DNA from: Myxococcota bacterium
Lineage (GTDB): Bacteria; Myxococcota_A; SURF-8
Direction of reading: 5' to 3'
Length of the DNA stretch: 64,000 nt
NCBI GenBank assembly: GCA_965140415.1
Contig: OZ223209.1
Location: 4,928,001 to 4,992,000, forward strand
Shown here piece after piece: positions 38,756-48,309 of this stretch. How positions within the stretch are numbered: position 1 is the first letter of the stretch; every line of letters starts with the position of its first letter. The notes beneath the pieces were generated by a model, which saw only the letters and a program-made list of their open reading frames with translations, did no database searches and had not been told where the DNA came from. Made by a program: the position numbers and the translations under genes.

Positions 38756-38864
38756 ATCTGCCGTTACTCATTTTCATTTGCTGGAAAGCGGTTATACGTC
38801 ACAGCTTCTCATTCCAAAACGGGATGGGTGGCTGTGAGTGATTTCACGCTGAAAGGATGTTGCG

Positions 38865-39242
38865 ATGTATCGCGTAACGCGGGAAGCGCATTTCAGCGCC
38901 GCCCATCATCTAAGACGCTACAATGGAAAATGCGAACATCAGCACGGCCATAACTGGCGGGTGGAAGTTACCGCCCAGGGACATACGCTGAACGAAGGCG
39001 GTATGCTGATCGACTTCGGCGAGTTGAAAGTCGCCTTGAAAGAGGTGCTGGACCGCCTTGATCATCAGGATTTAAACCTGGTTCCCCCCTTTGACGTACA
39101 GGAACCTTCCGCCGAAAACATCGCCCGTTATATCCTGGAGGAAGTCGGCAAACTGATCCAGACTGAAGGGGTGGAGATCGCCGAAGTCAACGTCTGGGAA
39201 ACTCCCGGCAGCAAGGCCACTTACCTACCGGACCCGGTCTGA
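38865..39242 (+). CDS. queD: 6-carboxytetrahydropterin synthase
   Basis: FSAAHHL…KCEHQHGHNW, IDFG, LDH..LN, PSAENIA, VWET. Confidence 0.93.
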   Translation: MYRVTREAHFSAAHHLRRYNGKCEHQHGHNWRVEVTAQGHTLNEGGMLIDFGELKVALKEVLDRLDHQDLNLVPPFDVQEPSAENIARYILEEVGKLIQTEGVEIAEVNVWETPGSKATYLPDPV

Positions 39243-39245
39243 TTC

Positions 39246-40295
39246 ATGAGCAGCGACAAGCGAAAATGGCTGTGGTTGTCGCTGGCGCTGCTAAGCGCTC
39301 CGGCGGCATTGGCCGGAGTGGCGTATTGGGCGACCGGTGGCTGGCCGGAACCCAAGGAAATGACTGGGGATATCCTTAGCGGCGACTGGGGCGCACAGCC
39401 GCCTGAAAAGCGTCCCGACACGCTGCGCATTCTCTCTTACAACATGCACTACGGCGTTGGTGCCTACGACGATTTCGACCGCCGCCGCACGCAGGCGGAG
39501 TTGGATGAGGTTCTGCAAGGCTTGATTCGGTTGATCGAAACGCTGCAACCCGATGTCGTATTGCTACAGGAAGTCGATTACGACTCCGCACGTACGCGCG
39601 GCATGAATCAATTACGCATCATCGCCAAGGGGGCGGGACTGCGTTACATGGCCCCGGTTTCGACCTGGAAAAAAGGCTATGTGCCGTTTCCCTACTGGCC
39701 TCCGTCATTGCATTATGGCCGCATAGACAGTGGCCAGGCGGTGCTTTCGCGTTTTCCCATCGTTTCCAATCGACGGCTGCACCTTCCCAAACCCCAGGCC
39801 AAGCCGTTTTATTACAACCTGTTTTACTTAAATCGCACCCTGCAACACGTTCAAGTCGATGTCGCCGGGCGGATTCTGGATGTCTATAACGTCCATACCG
39901 AAGCCTACGATCAGGATAATCGCCTGTTACACGCGCAGATCATTCGCGAAAAGCTAAAACTTTGGGGCGGCGAGTGGCTCGTCTTGGCGGGCGATTTCAA
40001 CGCCATTCCACCCGAAGCGACGTTGCGCAAGGACTTTCCAGACGAACCCGAAACCGATATGACAAGCGACCGCTCCATTTCGGTGCTACGGAAATTGGGT
40101 TTGCGCGAAATCATCGAAGAATCCCGCTACAAAGAAAACGAACAAGCGGCGCTCAGTTTTCCTGCCTTTAAACCTAACCGCAGATTGGACTATCTTTTCT
40201 TTTCCAAGAACTTCCAAATGAAAGAAGGACGCATTGCCAAGGAGGCAGGCGAATTAAGCGACCACCTGCCGACCTTCGCCGTCTTGAAGTGGTAG
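39246..40295 (+). CDS. Membrane-anchored endonuclease/exonuclease/phosphatase family protein
   Basis: LSYN, LLQEVD, LSRFPI, NVH, AGDFN, RLDY, SDHLP; N-terminal TM. Confidence 0.9.
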   Translation: MSSDKRKWLWLSLALLSAPAALAGVAYWATGGWPEPKEMTGDILSGDWGAQPPEKRPDTLRILSYNMHYGVGAYDDFDRRRTQAELDEVLQGLIRLIETLQPDVVLLQEVDYDSARTRGMNQLRIIAKGAGLRYMAPVSTWKKGYVPFPYWPPSLHYGRIDSGQAVLSRFPIVSNRRLHLPKPQAKPFYYNLFYLNRTLQHVQVDVAGRILDVYNVHTEAYDQDNRLLHAQIIREKLKLWGGEWLVLAGDFNAIPPEATLRKDFPDEPETDMTSDRSISVLRKLGLREIIEESRYKENEQAALSFPAFKPNRRLDYLFFSKNFQMKEGRIAKEAGELSDHLPTFAVLKW

Positions 40296-40367
40296 CAGCA
40301 GAATTTTTGTCGGCCTGAAATTCGGATCGAGCTGGGGCTTAACTCGAAATTTGGAGTGTTCCCGGCG

Positions 40368-40425
40368 GACCGTAAACGCACGTAAATGAACAGTAGATGA
40401 CCGGTAAATGACCACTACATGACCG
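40368..40425. repeat. Degenerate ~11-bp tandem repeat
   Basis: GACC GTAAACGCAC GTAAATGAACA GTAGATGACCG GTAAATGACCA CTACATGACCG. Confidence 0.6.
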
Positions 40426-40566
40426 CGTTTATACAGTAAGAATCGAGGTAACGCGACGGTGCGCGAAAGTGCACGAAGCTTCAACGGGTTTCATGCTGCA
40501 ACTTGCACCGACAGTAACTTACACTCATTTCCACATAAAAGACCCAAAATAACCACTAAAACGGCA

Positions 40567-40594
40567 GAGGGCCGATCCAGCAGGATCGGCCCTC
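40567..40594 (-). terminator. Perfect 12-bp hairpin 3' of the alpha-2-macroglobulin gene
   Basis: GAGGGCCGATCC-AGCA-GGATCGGCCCTC; the T tract is not immediately adjacent. Confidence 0.55.
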
Positions 40595-40625
40595 AAGCCC
40601 GGGAAAAACCCCCACGCGGGGTTCG

Positions 40626-43600
40626 TTACATGACGTCCTCTACCACAAAATCGGTCGGAGCGCAATTGCTTTTGCTCTCCGGTTCGTAGTACGGAGATGC
40701 TTCGCAGGAACCGGACGTTCCATCCATCGGATAACGCGCCAATAATTGATACGTGACTTCGAAAGTCTGTTGCGCGTCGATGCGTTCGACGTACAGAATC
40801 AATTGACGCCCGGCTTTCTCGAAACGCTGCAACACCGTATCTTGAACCTGCTGATTGAGCATGTCGGTCATCAAATCGAAGCCCGGCGGCAGGCCAAGAT
40901 CCACCAGCACCATCAAGACGTTGGAATCGGTTACGTTGCTGATACTGGCGGTGGCGGTGACGATATCGTTTACTGCCAGCGTGGTTTTGTCGTATTCGAC
41001 GTCGATCGTAATCGGTCCACCCTGCTGGTAGGGATCGCCTTCGCTGGGCAGCCAGTAACTGGATACAACGCTGTACATCACGTTGCCTTCGCCGCTGACG
41101 ACGAGATTGACTTCATTTTCGCCCGCCTGCAAGTACTCGGTCAGAACGACCTGCTGCAAGACATCGGAGTTATCGGCGTCGATCGTCAACACCGCCGCCT
41201 GCGAACCGTTGGCCATTACGGTGACGGTTGCATTGGCGTTCTCATCGCCGCCTTGCATACTTAATGTAGCAATAAAGAAGCGCAGCGCCTGGATCGTGCC
41301 CGCCGTGGTGGACCATTCGCCAAAGGAGCCCTTCTGCGCGACCAGCCAATCGGTGATGCCGCCAACCAGATCGACGTGAGAATTGGCTTTGATCAGCGCC
41401 TGCCCGATCAGCGCGGTGGTTTCCATTCCAGCCGAGCCGCCGGTGCCGTACATTTCTGTCTGCTGTTCCTGATCCCAATGAACCTTGCCGTCTTCATCCT
41501 CGATACGTAAATCGTAAAGCGCCTGCGTAACCGGGGCGATGGCGGAATCGTTGGGGTTGATGGTAGCCAGCATCATGGCGATCAGACCCAGCGAGTAGTT
41601 ATCATCCATCGCTTCAGAGACATTCGCCTTTACCCAGCTTGCACCCTTGGCGACTTCCGGACCATCGTAGCCGCTTTCGGCCAACGCCCAGGTGATATAT
41701 GCCGTGGTGCGGACCTTGCTGCTGGTGAAGTTATTGACTGCGCCTTCGTGAATGCCGCCCGCATCGAAATCGTAGGAGCCGTCGCTGTTCTGCAATCCAG
41801 CCAGCCAATCCTGGGTGCGTGCGATCATGTCGTCGTCGACATTGTGAACCTTTGCCATATCGGAGAATTCAAGCAGGCCGTAGGCGGTAAGCACGCGATG
41901 TGCGGGCGGAGAACCGAACCATTCGAAGCCGCCGCCGTCTACTTCGTAGCTGAGCAGACGTTGATAGCCCTGGCTGATCTTATCGCGTGCGTTCAATTCG
42001 ATTTCAGGCGTAATCTGGCCGGTCAGGATCATGTAATCGAGCACCAGCACGTTCGGATAGGTGCTGCTCGACGTCTGCTCGAAGCAGCCGGACGGCATTT
42101 GCAGCAGGCTGTCCAAACCTTCGATCACCTGGGAGAGCAGACCCGGATAAACCTTGACCCACAACTTGCTGGCGTCGGCAATGGCGTCTGCCGGGATCGT
42201 AGCCGTAACCGATTTGTCGCCGTCCAAACGACCGCTGACGGCGTTACGCACTTCCAGGCCATCGGGAATGACTTCGATGCTGCGGCGAATGGCATCGCTC
42301 ATCTGATCGCCGATGCCGTTTACGGTCAATTCGTGCCAACCGACTTCCACCACTTTCACCGGGAAGTAAATACCGGTAACGGAATTGGGACCGACCGTGA
42401 TCTGGCGCGAATTGCCTTCCAGATATTCGATCCAGCTTTCTTCGCTGGCTTCCAGCGAAATGGTCTGCGAGGTGCTCAGGTAGTTGTAAATCGCGATCGG
42501 CACATGCACGATATCGTTCTGCGTCAACGTTGCGGGGAAGTCGATGTCGATAAAGAAATCCTGGTATACGATGACGTTGCCGACATTGCTGCCGATCTGA
42601 CCGCTGCGGGTATTGGCCAGCGCCGTCATGCGCCAACTCGTGATGGAATCGGCCATGGTAAAGGAAACTTCCGCTTCACCACCGGCATCGGTAACGACCG
42701 CCGGGTTGACGTACAGCGTTTCCGGGAAGTAGGAACGCACGCGCGGACCATCGCCTTCGCCTTCCGTATCCTTGCCATTCTGATCTTCACCCTCGGAAGA
42801 GGGGTCCGCCGGTTGTTCGTTCCATTCCTCGCCATCGGCCATCGGCGGTTCTTCGCCACCGGCCAGCGCGCCGTCGTCGTCGCGCCAGTCATCCTGGCCA
42901 TTGGTATGACCGTACACGGATTCGGTTACGGTGATGTCGTCGTCGGTGCCGGTTTTTTCGTCCATGCCATTACTGACCAGTTCCAGGGTGCTGTCGCTAT
43001 AGCTCAATTTGTAGGCGTGACCCCAGGGATCGTAGAGCGGATCTTCGGATTCGTTGCGCTGCTCGATCCAGGCTTGAACGCCCTGCGTACCGCTGATGAA
43101 ACCGGCTTCCATCAGCCATTGGATATGCTCCGTAATTTCCGTCAGATCCTTTTCAACCGCTTCGGTGGCAGTGGCTTTGGCCACGGTATCCACTTCGGCG
43201 AAGGTATTGACGTTCATGCCGTAGGCGGCATCGGTTCCGGCTGAAGCCAAAAACGCACCTGCATAGGCTTCACGCTCGTCGGCTTGCTCCTGATCCTCCG
43301 GCTCCGGATCGAGCAGGTCCGCCGCATCGAAGCCATGAATTTCATAGCGCGGCTGCATCAGTTCTTCTTCCAGCGCGAAGTAAACCTTTTCCATACCGGG
43401 TTTCATGTCTTGCAGAGCGAAGACAGCTTCGTCCACCACCTGCACACCGATCACCGACTGCACGCCGTTATTGTCCGCATCTTTGACGCGGAAGGAAACG
43501 GAGGCTTCCTCGGCGGGAGCAAAGGTATCTTTGCTGGGCAGAATTTCCACGGTGAGCGAATTGCCCAGTTCGACGAAGACCAGCCGCCGGTCGCGGATGA

Positions 43601-45575
43601 TTTCACCCGCCGCACCCAGATAGTAGGCCATCAATTCGATGGAACCGTTCAGGGTGGCGTCGATGTCCAGCGTGTAGGTGCTGGCGCCGTCGGTCAACGA
43701 CAGCGTCGTCATCAGCATGGTCTGGCCATCTTTAATGACATCCAGATAAACGCGGTCGGGCAGATGCGCCGCTTCCCAGCCGTCGTTGGTGGCCAGCACC
43801 GAAATCTGAATGGAGTCGCCCACTTTGTAGATCGAACGATCCGTGCGCAGCATGACGTATTCGCGCGCAGTTTCGGCGGAGAAAGAGAACTCGCTTTGCG
43901 CGGTGTCGCCATTAGGCAGGCTGGCCGCCAAATTAAACGACAGGCTCTCCTCTTCCGGCGTCAAAGTGAAGGTGGTCAAGCCCCACAGACCGGTATTTAC
44001 ATCTTCGATGGTTCCGGTATTGCCGTCTTCGCCATGTGTGTAGCCGACATCGATGGTGGCGTTAACAGGCTTGCCGAAAGGATCGGTAGCCATCAGATAG
44101 AAGGTGTTTTCCACGCCCGGCACCAAGGAGCCGCTTTCGGGAACGACCGCCAGCAAAATGGCGTTTTCCACCACCATCACCGTGGCGGATTTGATCTGCT
44201 GATGACCGGCAGTATCGATGACTGCGATTTCCAAGAAGGCATACGCCTGATCCTGATCCAGTTCCTGCGCGACGAAGTAAGTCGGCAGTTCCAGGTCGAA
44301 TTCGAATCCGCCGTCGGCATCCAGCACGCCGGTAATGGTGGCGAAGGTCGTCAGTTCGACGTCGAATTTCTGCGCGGTGATTTCCACCGAACCGCCTGCA
44401 ACCGGCTGACCGAAGAAGTAGTCCGCCTGGACGGAGCCATGCAGGTTGTTGCCGGGGCGATAATAGGTTTTATCGCTGGTAAAGCCAACGCTGAATTTCG
44501 GCAGCGCGTAGCGTTCGACGGTGACGGTCTTCTCGCTGGTGAATTCGCCGACCTTGGCTTCGATTTTGAAGCTGCCTTCATTCAAGATGGTCGCCAGTTT
44601 GAATTCCGTGGAAGCCACGCCGTATTCGCTGGTTTCCAGTTGATCCTTGAACACCTTGTTGCCCTTGGCATCGAAAACGGAGAAGGTCACCGGCAAACCG
44701 GCTTCGGGAGCCAACGCCGGGCGCTTTAAGCAGAGACCGCGAATGTGAATGGTCTGTCCCGGCTGGTACATCGGCTTATCGGTGGTCAACAGGATCTTGG
44801 CTTCACGCGTAATCGCCAACGGGCTCATGGCCTGTTCCTGCTGCTCGCCGCCGGGCAGATCGATCAGGGTTTTGAGTTCCTTGTCGCCGAATTCTCCGGC
44901 AGGCAACTCGATTTTCACATCCGCCATACCGAATTCGTCGGTGGTGCCGGAACCGACCTGCACATCCAGGCCGTCTTCGTCGGTCAAAAAGAAAGCGGCC
45001 TGTGCACCTTGAACCGGCAGACCGCTATTGGGCTCGGAAACGATCAACTTATAAAAGGACTGGCTGCTCTCGAAAACACTGTCGGAGCCGAGTAGCTGAG
45101 CCTGAACGTAACGATACATGGCGTGCAAGGAGCGCGAACCCCAGATTTCGGGTTGCTTGTCTACCTGCGCCAGGTTGAATGTGACGATGTACTTGGCTTT
45201 GTCATCCGTGCCGAAATCCTCGGGTAGATCGGCCAAGGTGACTTCGCTGTCGGTAGTGGCATCTGAAAGATCGATGCGCACCGTTCGTTCGGTGACTTTC
45301 ACCGCATCCAGATCGGTCAGCCCGACCGTCAAATCCACCGAGCGATCGGCAGCTTTTTCCTGATGGATCGGAATCACCACCGAAAGGCCGTCGGAGGTCA
45401 AGCGCGCGGAGAATTCGCTTTCCAATAACTGGAAGGTCGCGCTCTCCAGATTGTCGTTGGTGTTGGTGTTAAAGTCGTCGTCCGGCGAGTCGCTGGAACT
45501 GCTACAGCCCAGCGCGCCCAGAACGAAAACCAGAACCGCGAAAATCCAAATCGGGTAGGTTTTAAATGGTTGCAT
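40626..45575 (-). CDS. Alpha-2-macroglobulin family thioester lipoprotein
   Basis: Lipobox ALGC; TDKPMYQPGQ, VERYALPKF, VVDEAV, RVRSYFPET, ADSITSW, thioester MPSGCFEQ, DLGLPPGF; AGGAG RBS before 45575. Confidence 0.93.
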   Translation of the reverse strand: MQPFKTYPIWIFAVLVFVLGALGCSSSSDSPDDDFNTNTNDNLESATFQLLESEFSARLTSDGLSVVIPIHQEKAADRSVDLTVGLTDLDAVKVTERTVRIDLSDATTDSEVTLADLPEDFGTDDKAKYIVTFNLAQVDKQPEIWGSRSLHAMYRYVQAQLLGSDSVFESSQSFYKLIVSEPNSGLPVQGAQAAFFLTDEDGLDVQVGSGTTDEFGMADVKIELPAGEFGDKELKTLIDLPGGEQQEQAMSPLAITREAKILLTTDKPMYQPGQTIHIRGLCLKRPALAPEAGLPVTFSVFDAKGNKVFKDQLETSEYGVASTEFKLATILNEGSFKIEAKVGEFTSEKTVTVERYALPKFSVGFTSDKTYYRPGNNLHGSVQADYFFGQPVAGGSVEITAQKFDVELTTFATITGVLDADGGFEFDLELPTYFVAQELDQDQAYAFLEIAVIDTAGHQQIKSATVMVVENAILLAVVPESGSLVPGVENTFYLMATDPFGKPVNATIDVGYTHGEDGNTGTIEDVNTGLWGLTTFTLTPEEESLSFNLAASLPNGDTAQSEFSFSAETAREYVMLRTDRSIYKVGDSIQISVLATNDGWEAAHLPDRVYLDVIKDGQTMLMTTLSLTDGASTYTLDIDATLNGSIELMAYYLGAAGEIIRDRRLVFVELGNSLTVEILPSKDTFAPAEEASVSFRVKDADNNGVQSVIGVQVVDEAVFALQDMKPGMEKVYFALEEELMQPRYEIHGFDAADLLDPEPEDQEQADEREAYAGAFLASAGTDAAYGMNVNTFAEVDTVAKATATEAVEKDLTEITEHIQWLMEAGFISGTQGVQAWIEQRNESEDPLYDPWGHAYKLSYSDSTLELVSNGMDEKTGTDDDITVTESVYGHTNGQDDWRDDDGALAGGEEPPMADGEEWNEQPADPSSEGEDQNGKDTEGEGDGPRVRSYFPETLYVNPAVVTDAGGEAEVSFTMADSITSWRMTALANTRSGQIGSNVGNVIVYQDFFIDIDFPATLTQNDIVHVPIAIYNYLSTSQTISLEASEESWIEYLEGNSRQITVGPNSVTGIYFPVKVVEVGWHELTVNGIGDQMSDAIRRSIEVIPDGLEVRNAVSGRLDGDKSVTATIPADAIADASKLWVKVYPGLLSQVIEGLDSLLQMPSGCFEQTSSSTYPNVLVLDYMILTGQITPEIELNARDKISQGYQRLLSYEVDGGGFEWFGSPPAHRVLTAYGLLEFSDMAKVHNVDDDMIARTQDWLAGLQNSDGSYDFDAGGIHEGAVNNFTSSKVRTTAYITWALAESGYDGPEVAKGASWVKANVSEAMDDNYSLGLIAMMLATINPNDSAIAPVTQALYDLRIEDEDGKVHWDQEQQTEMYGTGGSAGMETTALIGQALIKANSHVDLVGGITDWLVAQKGSFGEWSTTAGTIQALRFFIATLSMQGGDENANATVTVMANGSQAAVLTIDADNSDVLQQVVLTEYLQAGENEVNLVVSGEGNVMYSVVSSYWLPSEGDPYQQGGPITIDVEYDKTTLAVNDIVTATASISNVTDSNVLMVLVDLGLPPGFDLMTDMLNQQVQDTVLQRFEKAGRQLILYVERIDAQQTFEVTYQLLARYPMDGTSGSCEASPYYEPESKSNCAPTDFVVEDVM

Positions 45576-45686
45576 GATTTCTCTCCTGTCGATCGTTCCG
45601 AATATACTTTCGTTACCGTTTTCCTGTCGAAAACCGGGTACTTCTAAAAGTGACAACTTGTAATAAAGCGCCAACCTATATGATGC

Positions 45687-45703
45687 AGCAAGTTCCATAC
45701 CAA
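45687..45703 (-). promoter_or_regulatory. Putative sigma-54 promoter of the alpha-2-macroglobulin gene
   Basis: Minus strand TTGGTATGGAACTTGCT. Confidence 0.65.
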
Positions 45704-45823
45704 GTGAACGAAGCCCGCCAATTCATGCAAATTCGAATTTTCTTTACTTATATGTAACTGATATTACAAGGCATATCAGGCATGGCGAACAAGAGACGGT
45801 CTCGCACTCGGACAGGAAGGCAT

Positions 45824-45841
45824 TGTAAAGGCTACTTGACA
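45824..45841. promoter_or_regulatory. Candidate upstream activator palindrome
   Basis: TGTAAA-GGCTAC-TTGACA (TGT-N12-ACA), about 120 bp upstream of the -24 element. Confidence 0.4.
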
Positions 45842-45916
45842 GTTTTCATCCGATTGTGACAAGCAGGGAAGATGGGATTTTGCTTTATTGGTTTGAAACT
45901 CCTGTCCCGACGGATG

Positions 45917-46017
45917 GCATGGGCAAAGCGAAGAGAAACGAAGCCCATGTGAATGTCGAACACGGGCAAGCCTGTGGCTTCGCCCGTGCCACCCTTAAAT
46001 CAGACAAATTTGCGATT
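45917..46017 (-). repeat. REP-like element, family A (extended copy)
   Basis: Core CACGGGCAAGCCTGTGGCTTCGCCCGTGCCACCC at 45961-45994. Confidence 0.85.
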
Positions 46018-46182
46018 TCTTGAGATGCACCTGCGCCAACACACCAACGCAGAAACCTGGAAATTCTTCCCCTTTTTTTCCTGACATGCTACAGTATGGG
46101 ATTGAAATTGGGAATCCACGGACACGGACAATGTGGATCGTCGATCCGGGCGATCCTGCCACGAAAAAGAGAGAATTCTATC

Positions 46183-48258
46183 ATGACTAACAAAATCCAC
46201 TGGCTGGCAGCGGTCTGCCTTACTCTATTGCTTTTTTGTGCCTGCTCCGACGATGGCGATTCCTTCATTTCCGACGGGGATACGTCAGATGGCGATATGA
46301 TCGACGGAGATAGCGATTCAAGTATCGATGGCGACAGCGACGCGGTAGCAGCTATTCCGCGATTGCAGGCAGAAGCATTAGCTGGGTTGTCTCCCAACTT
46401 CAACTTCAGCGACGAATCCGATTTCTTCAACTTCCCCTACCCTAACGATTATTTCCTGGCGGAAGACGGCCACATCCGTCTGCCCGGCTTTCCCACAAAT
46501 AACAGTTCGCTGGTCGAAACCTTCATTGAAGAAGCCGAGCGCCTATTAGACGGATTCGGCAACAACAGCCCGACGTTCTGGACCTTCCCGGAGGCCATCG
46601 ATACGGATTCATTACCGGCGAATCTGGCAGAGAGTGTGGACATTCAAAGTGCGGTGCTGCTGGTCAACATCGATCCGAATTCGGAGCAATACGGCGAATT
46701 TACACCGCTGGACTGGCATTACACCAGCGAAGCCAACGACTACGAACCGGCCAACCTGCTGGCCGTGGCTCCGGCAGATGGCTTTCCGCTGATGGGTGCG
46801 ACGACTTACGCCATGATCCTGACCGATAAGCTGTTGGATACACAGGGAAATGCGCTTGGCCGCTCCGAAAGCATGGCGGAACTGCTGCAAGGACTGGGAC
46901 AGGCAGAACTCGATCTGGTCTATGCACCTTTGGTGGATTGGCTGGTGGAACAGGCCGAATTGCTGCCGGTCGAGCGGGTGCGGGCAGCGACCGTCTTTAC
47001 GACATTGGACCCGACAGCCGAACTGAAAGCGATTTACGATTATCTGAAAGACGAATATCCAAGCGGAGCCGTCACCGGGGAACTGGTGGATTGCGAGTAT
47101 ATCGGAACCGCAGGAAATTTCATGCGTTTCCACGGACATTACAGCGCGCCCAATTTCCAGGAAGGCGAGGTTCCCTACGCCGCCGAGGGTGGAAACATTC
47201 TCTTCGACGAAAACGGCGATCCCATCGTACAGAAAATGGAAGACCTGCGCTTTGTCCTTACGATTCCGACCGATGGTCAGATGCCAGCAAACGGCTGGCC
47301 GCTGGTAGAAGTTTCCCACGGCACGGGTGGTTCGGCCACCGGCTTTGTGGGCACCGGGGACTTCTCCCGTTCGCGAGCTTTGGCGGAAATGGGACTGGCC
47401 GCCATCGGCATCGATCAGCCCTTACACGGTCCCCGCTCGGATGTCACCGACGACGATTTGCTGACTTTGTATACCTTCAACTTCCTGAACGTCCAATCGG
47501 GGCGCAGCGTTTTCCGGCAGGCGGCCATCGACAATATCGCATTGACGCGCTTTATCCGCGCGGGCAAGTTGCAACTCTCTGCCAATACCTGCACGAACTG
47601 GCCTGCCTCATTATCAGCACCGACCTTCGACCCGGACAACCTGCTGTTCATCGGTCATAGCCAGGGCGGCATGAGCGGCGCATTGGCGGCGGCGGTGGAA
47701 GACGATATCAAGGGCTGGATGCTATCCGGTGCCGGTGGTCGCATGGCGGTGACGATTATCGAGCGCGAAGACCCGGACATTCTGGAGATGGTCAGCACTT
47801 TCATCAGCCTGGATCGCGAAGACGCGCACATTCACCACCCGCTGGTCGCCTTGGTGCAATGGCTGACGGAAATCACCGACATGATCAACTACGCTCCGTA
47901 TTGGGAGGAGCGCCCCTTTAACGGACACGCTCGTAACGTCATGCTTACCAACGGTTTTCTGGATACCATGACGCCGAAACGCACGGCGGCGGCACTGGCG
48001 ACTTCCGGGCGACTGCCACAGATCGAGCCGGTCAGCGAAACGCTGCCGGGGCTGGAGTTACTGGGAATGTCATCCTATTCGCGCCCAGCCACAGACACCA
48101 TCACCGGCCCGGACGGAGAAAAGGCCACCTCCGGTTTCTGTCAATACCCGGACGACGGCCACTTCGCCATCTTCCGCAACCAGGACGCACTTGAAATGTA
48201 TCAGGAGTTTCTACGCTCGGTCGCCTACGACAACAAGGGCGTGTTGGGCTACGAGTGA
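46183..48258 (+). CDS. Lipoprotein alpha/beta hydrolase (lipase-like) with Ig-like N-terminal region and DGD linker
   Basis: Lipobox FCAC; FPYPND, LDGFG, WPLV..SHGTGG, IDQPLHG, GHSQGG nucleophile, DGHF. Confidence 0.85.
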   Translation: MTNKIHWLAAVCLTLLLFCACSDDGDSFISDGDTSDGDMIDGDSDSSIDGDSDAVAAIPRLQAEALAGLSPNFNFSDESDFFNFPYPNDYFLAEDGHIRLPGFPTNNSSLVETFIEEAERLLDGFGNNSPTFWTFPEAIDTDSLPANLAESVDIQSAVLLVNIDPNSEQYGEFTPLDWHYTSEANDYEPANLLAVAPADGFPLMGATTYAMILTDKLLDTQGNALGRSESMAELLQGLGQAELDLVYAPLVDWLVEQAELLPVERVRAATVFTTLDPTAELKAIYDYLKDEYPSGAVTGELVDCEYIGTAGNFMRFHGHYSAPNFQEGEVPYAAEGGNILFDENGDPIVQKMEDLRFVLTIPTDGQMPANGWPLVEVSHGTGGSATGFVGTGDFSRSRALAEMGLAAIGIDQPLHGPRSDVTDDDLLTLYTFNFLNVQSGRSVFRQAAIDNIALTRFIRAGKLQLSANTCTNWPASLSAPTFDPDNLLFIGHSQGGMSGALAAAVEDDIKGWMLSGAGGRMAVTIIEREDPDILEMVSTFISLDREDAHIHHPLVALVQWLTEITDMINYAPYWEERPFNGHARNVMLTNGFLDTMTPKRTAAALATSGRLPQIEPVSETLPGLELLGMSSYSRPATDTITGPDGEKATSGFCQYPDDGHFAIFRNQDALEMYQEFLRSVAYDNKGVLGYE

Positions 48259-48309
48259 TCCTCGAGCAGACATCCGTGCATCGCCGAAGAATTCTGTAAG
48301 GAGTTTACC

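Noticed and set aside
41748-44729. Long plus-strand ORFs (498 and 481 aa) inside the A2M gene, and similar ORFs antisense to pilB
   Set aside because: Antisense open frames expected from codon bias in GC-rich genes; no recognisable motifs.
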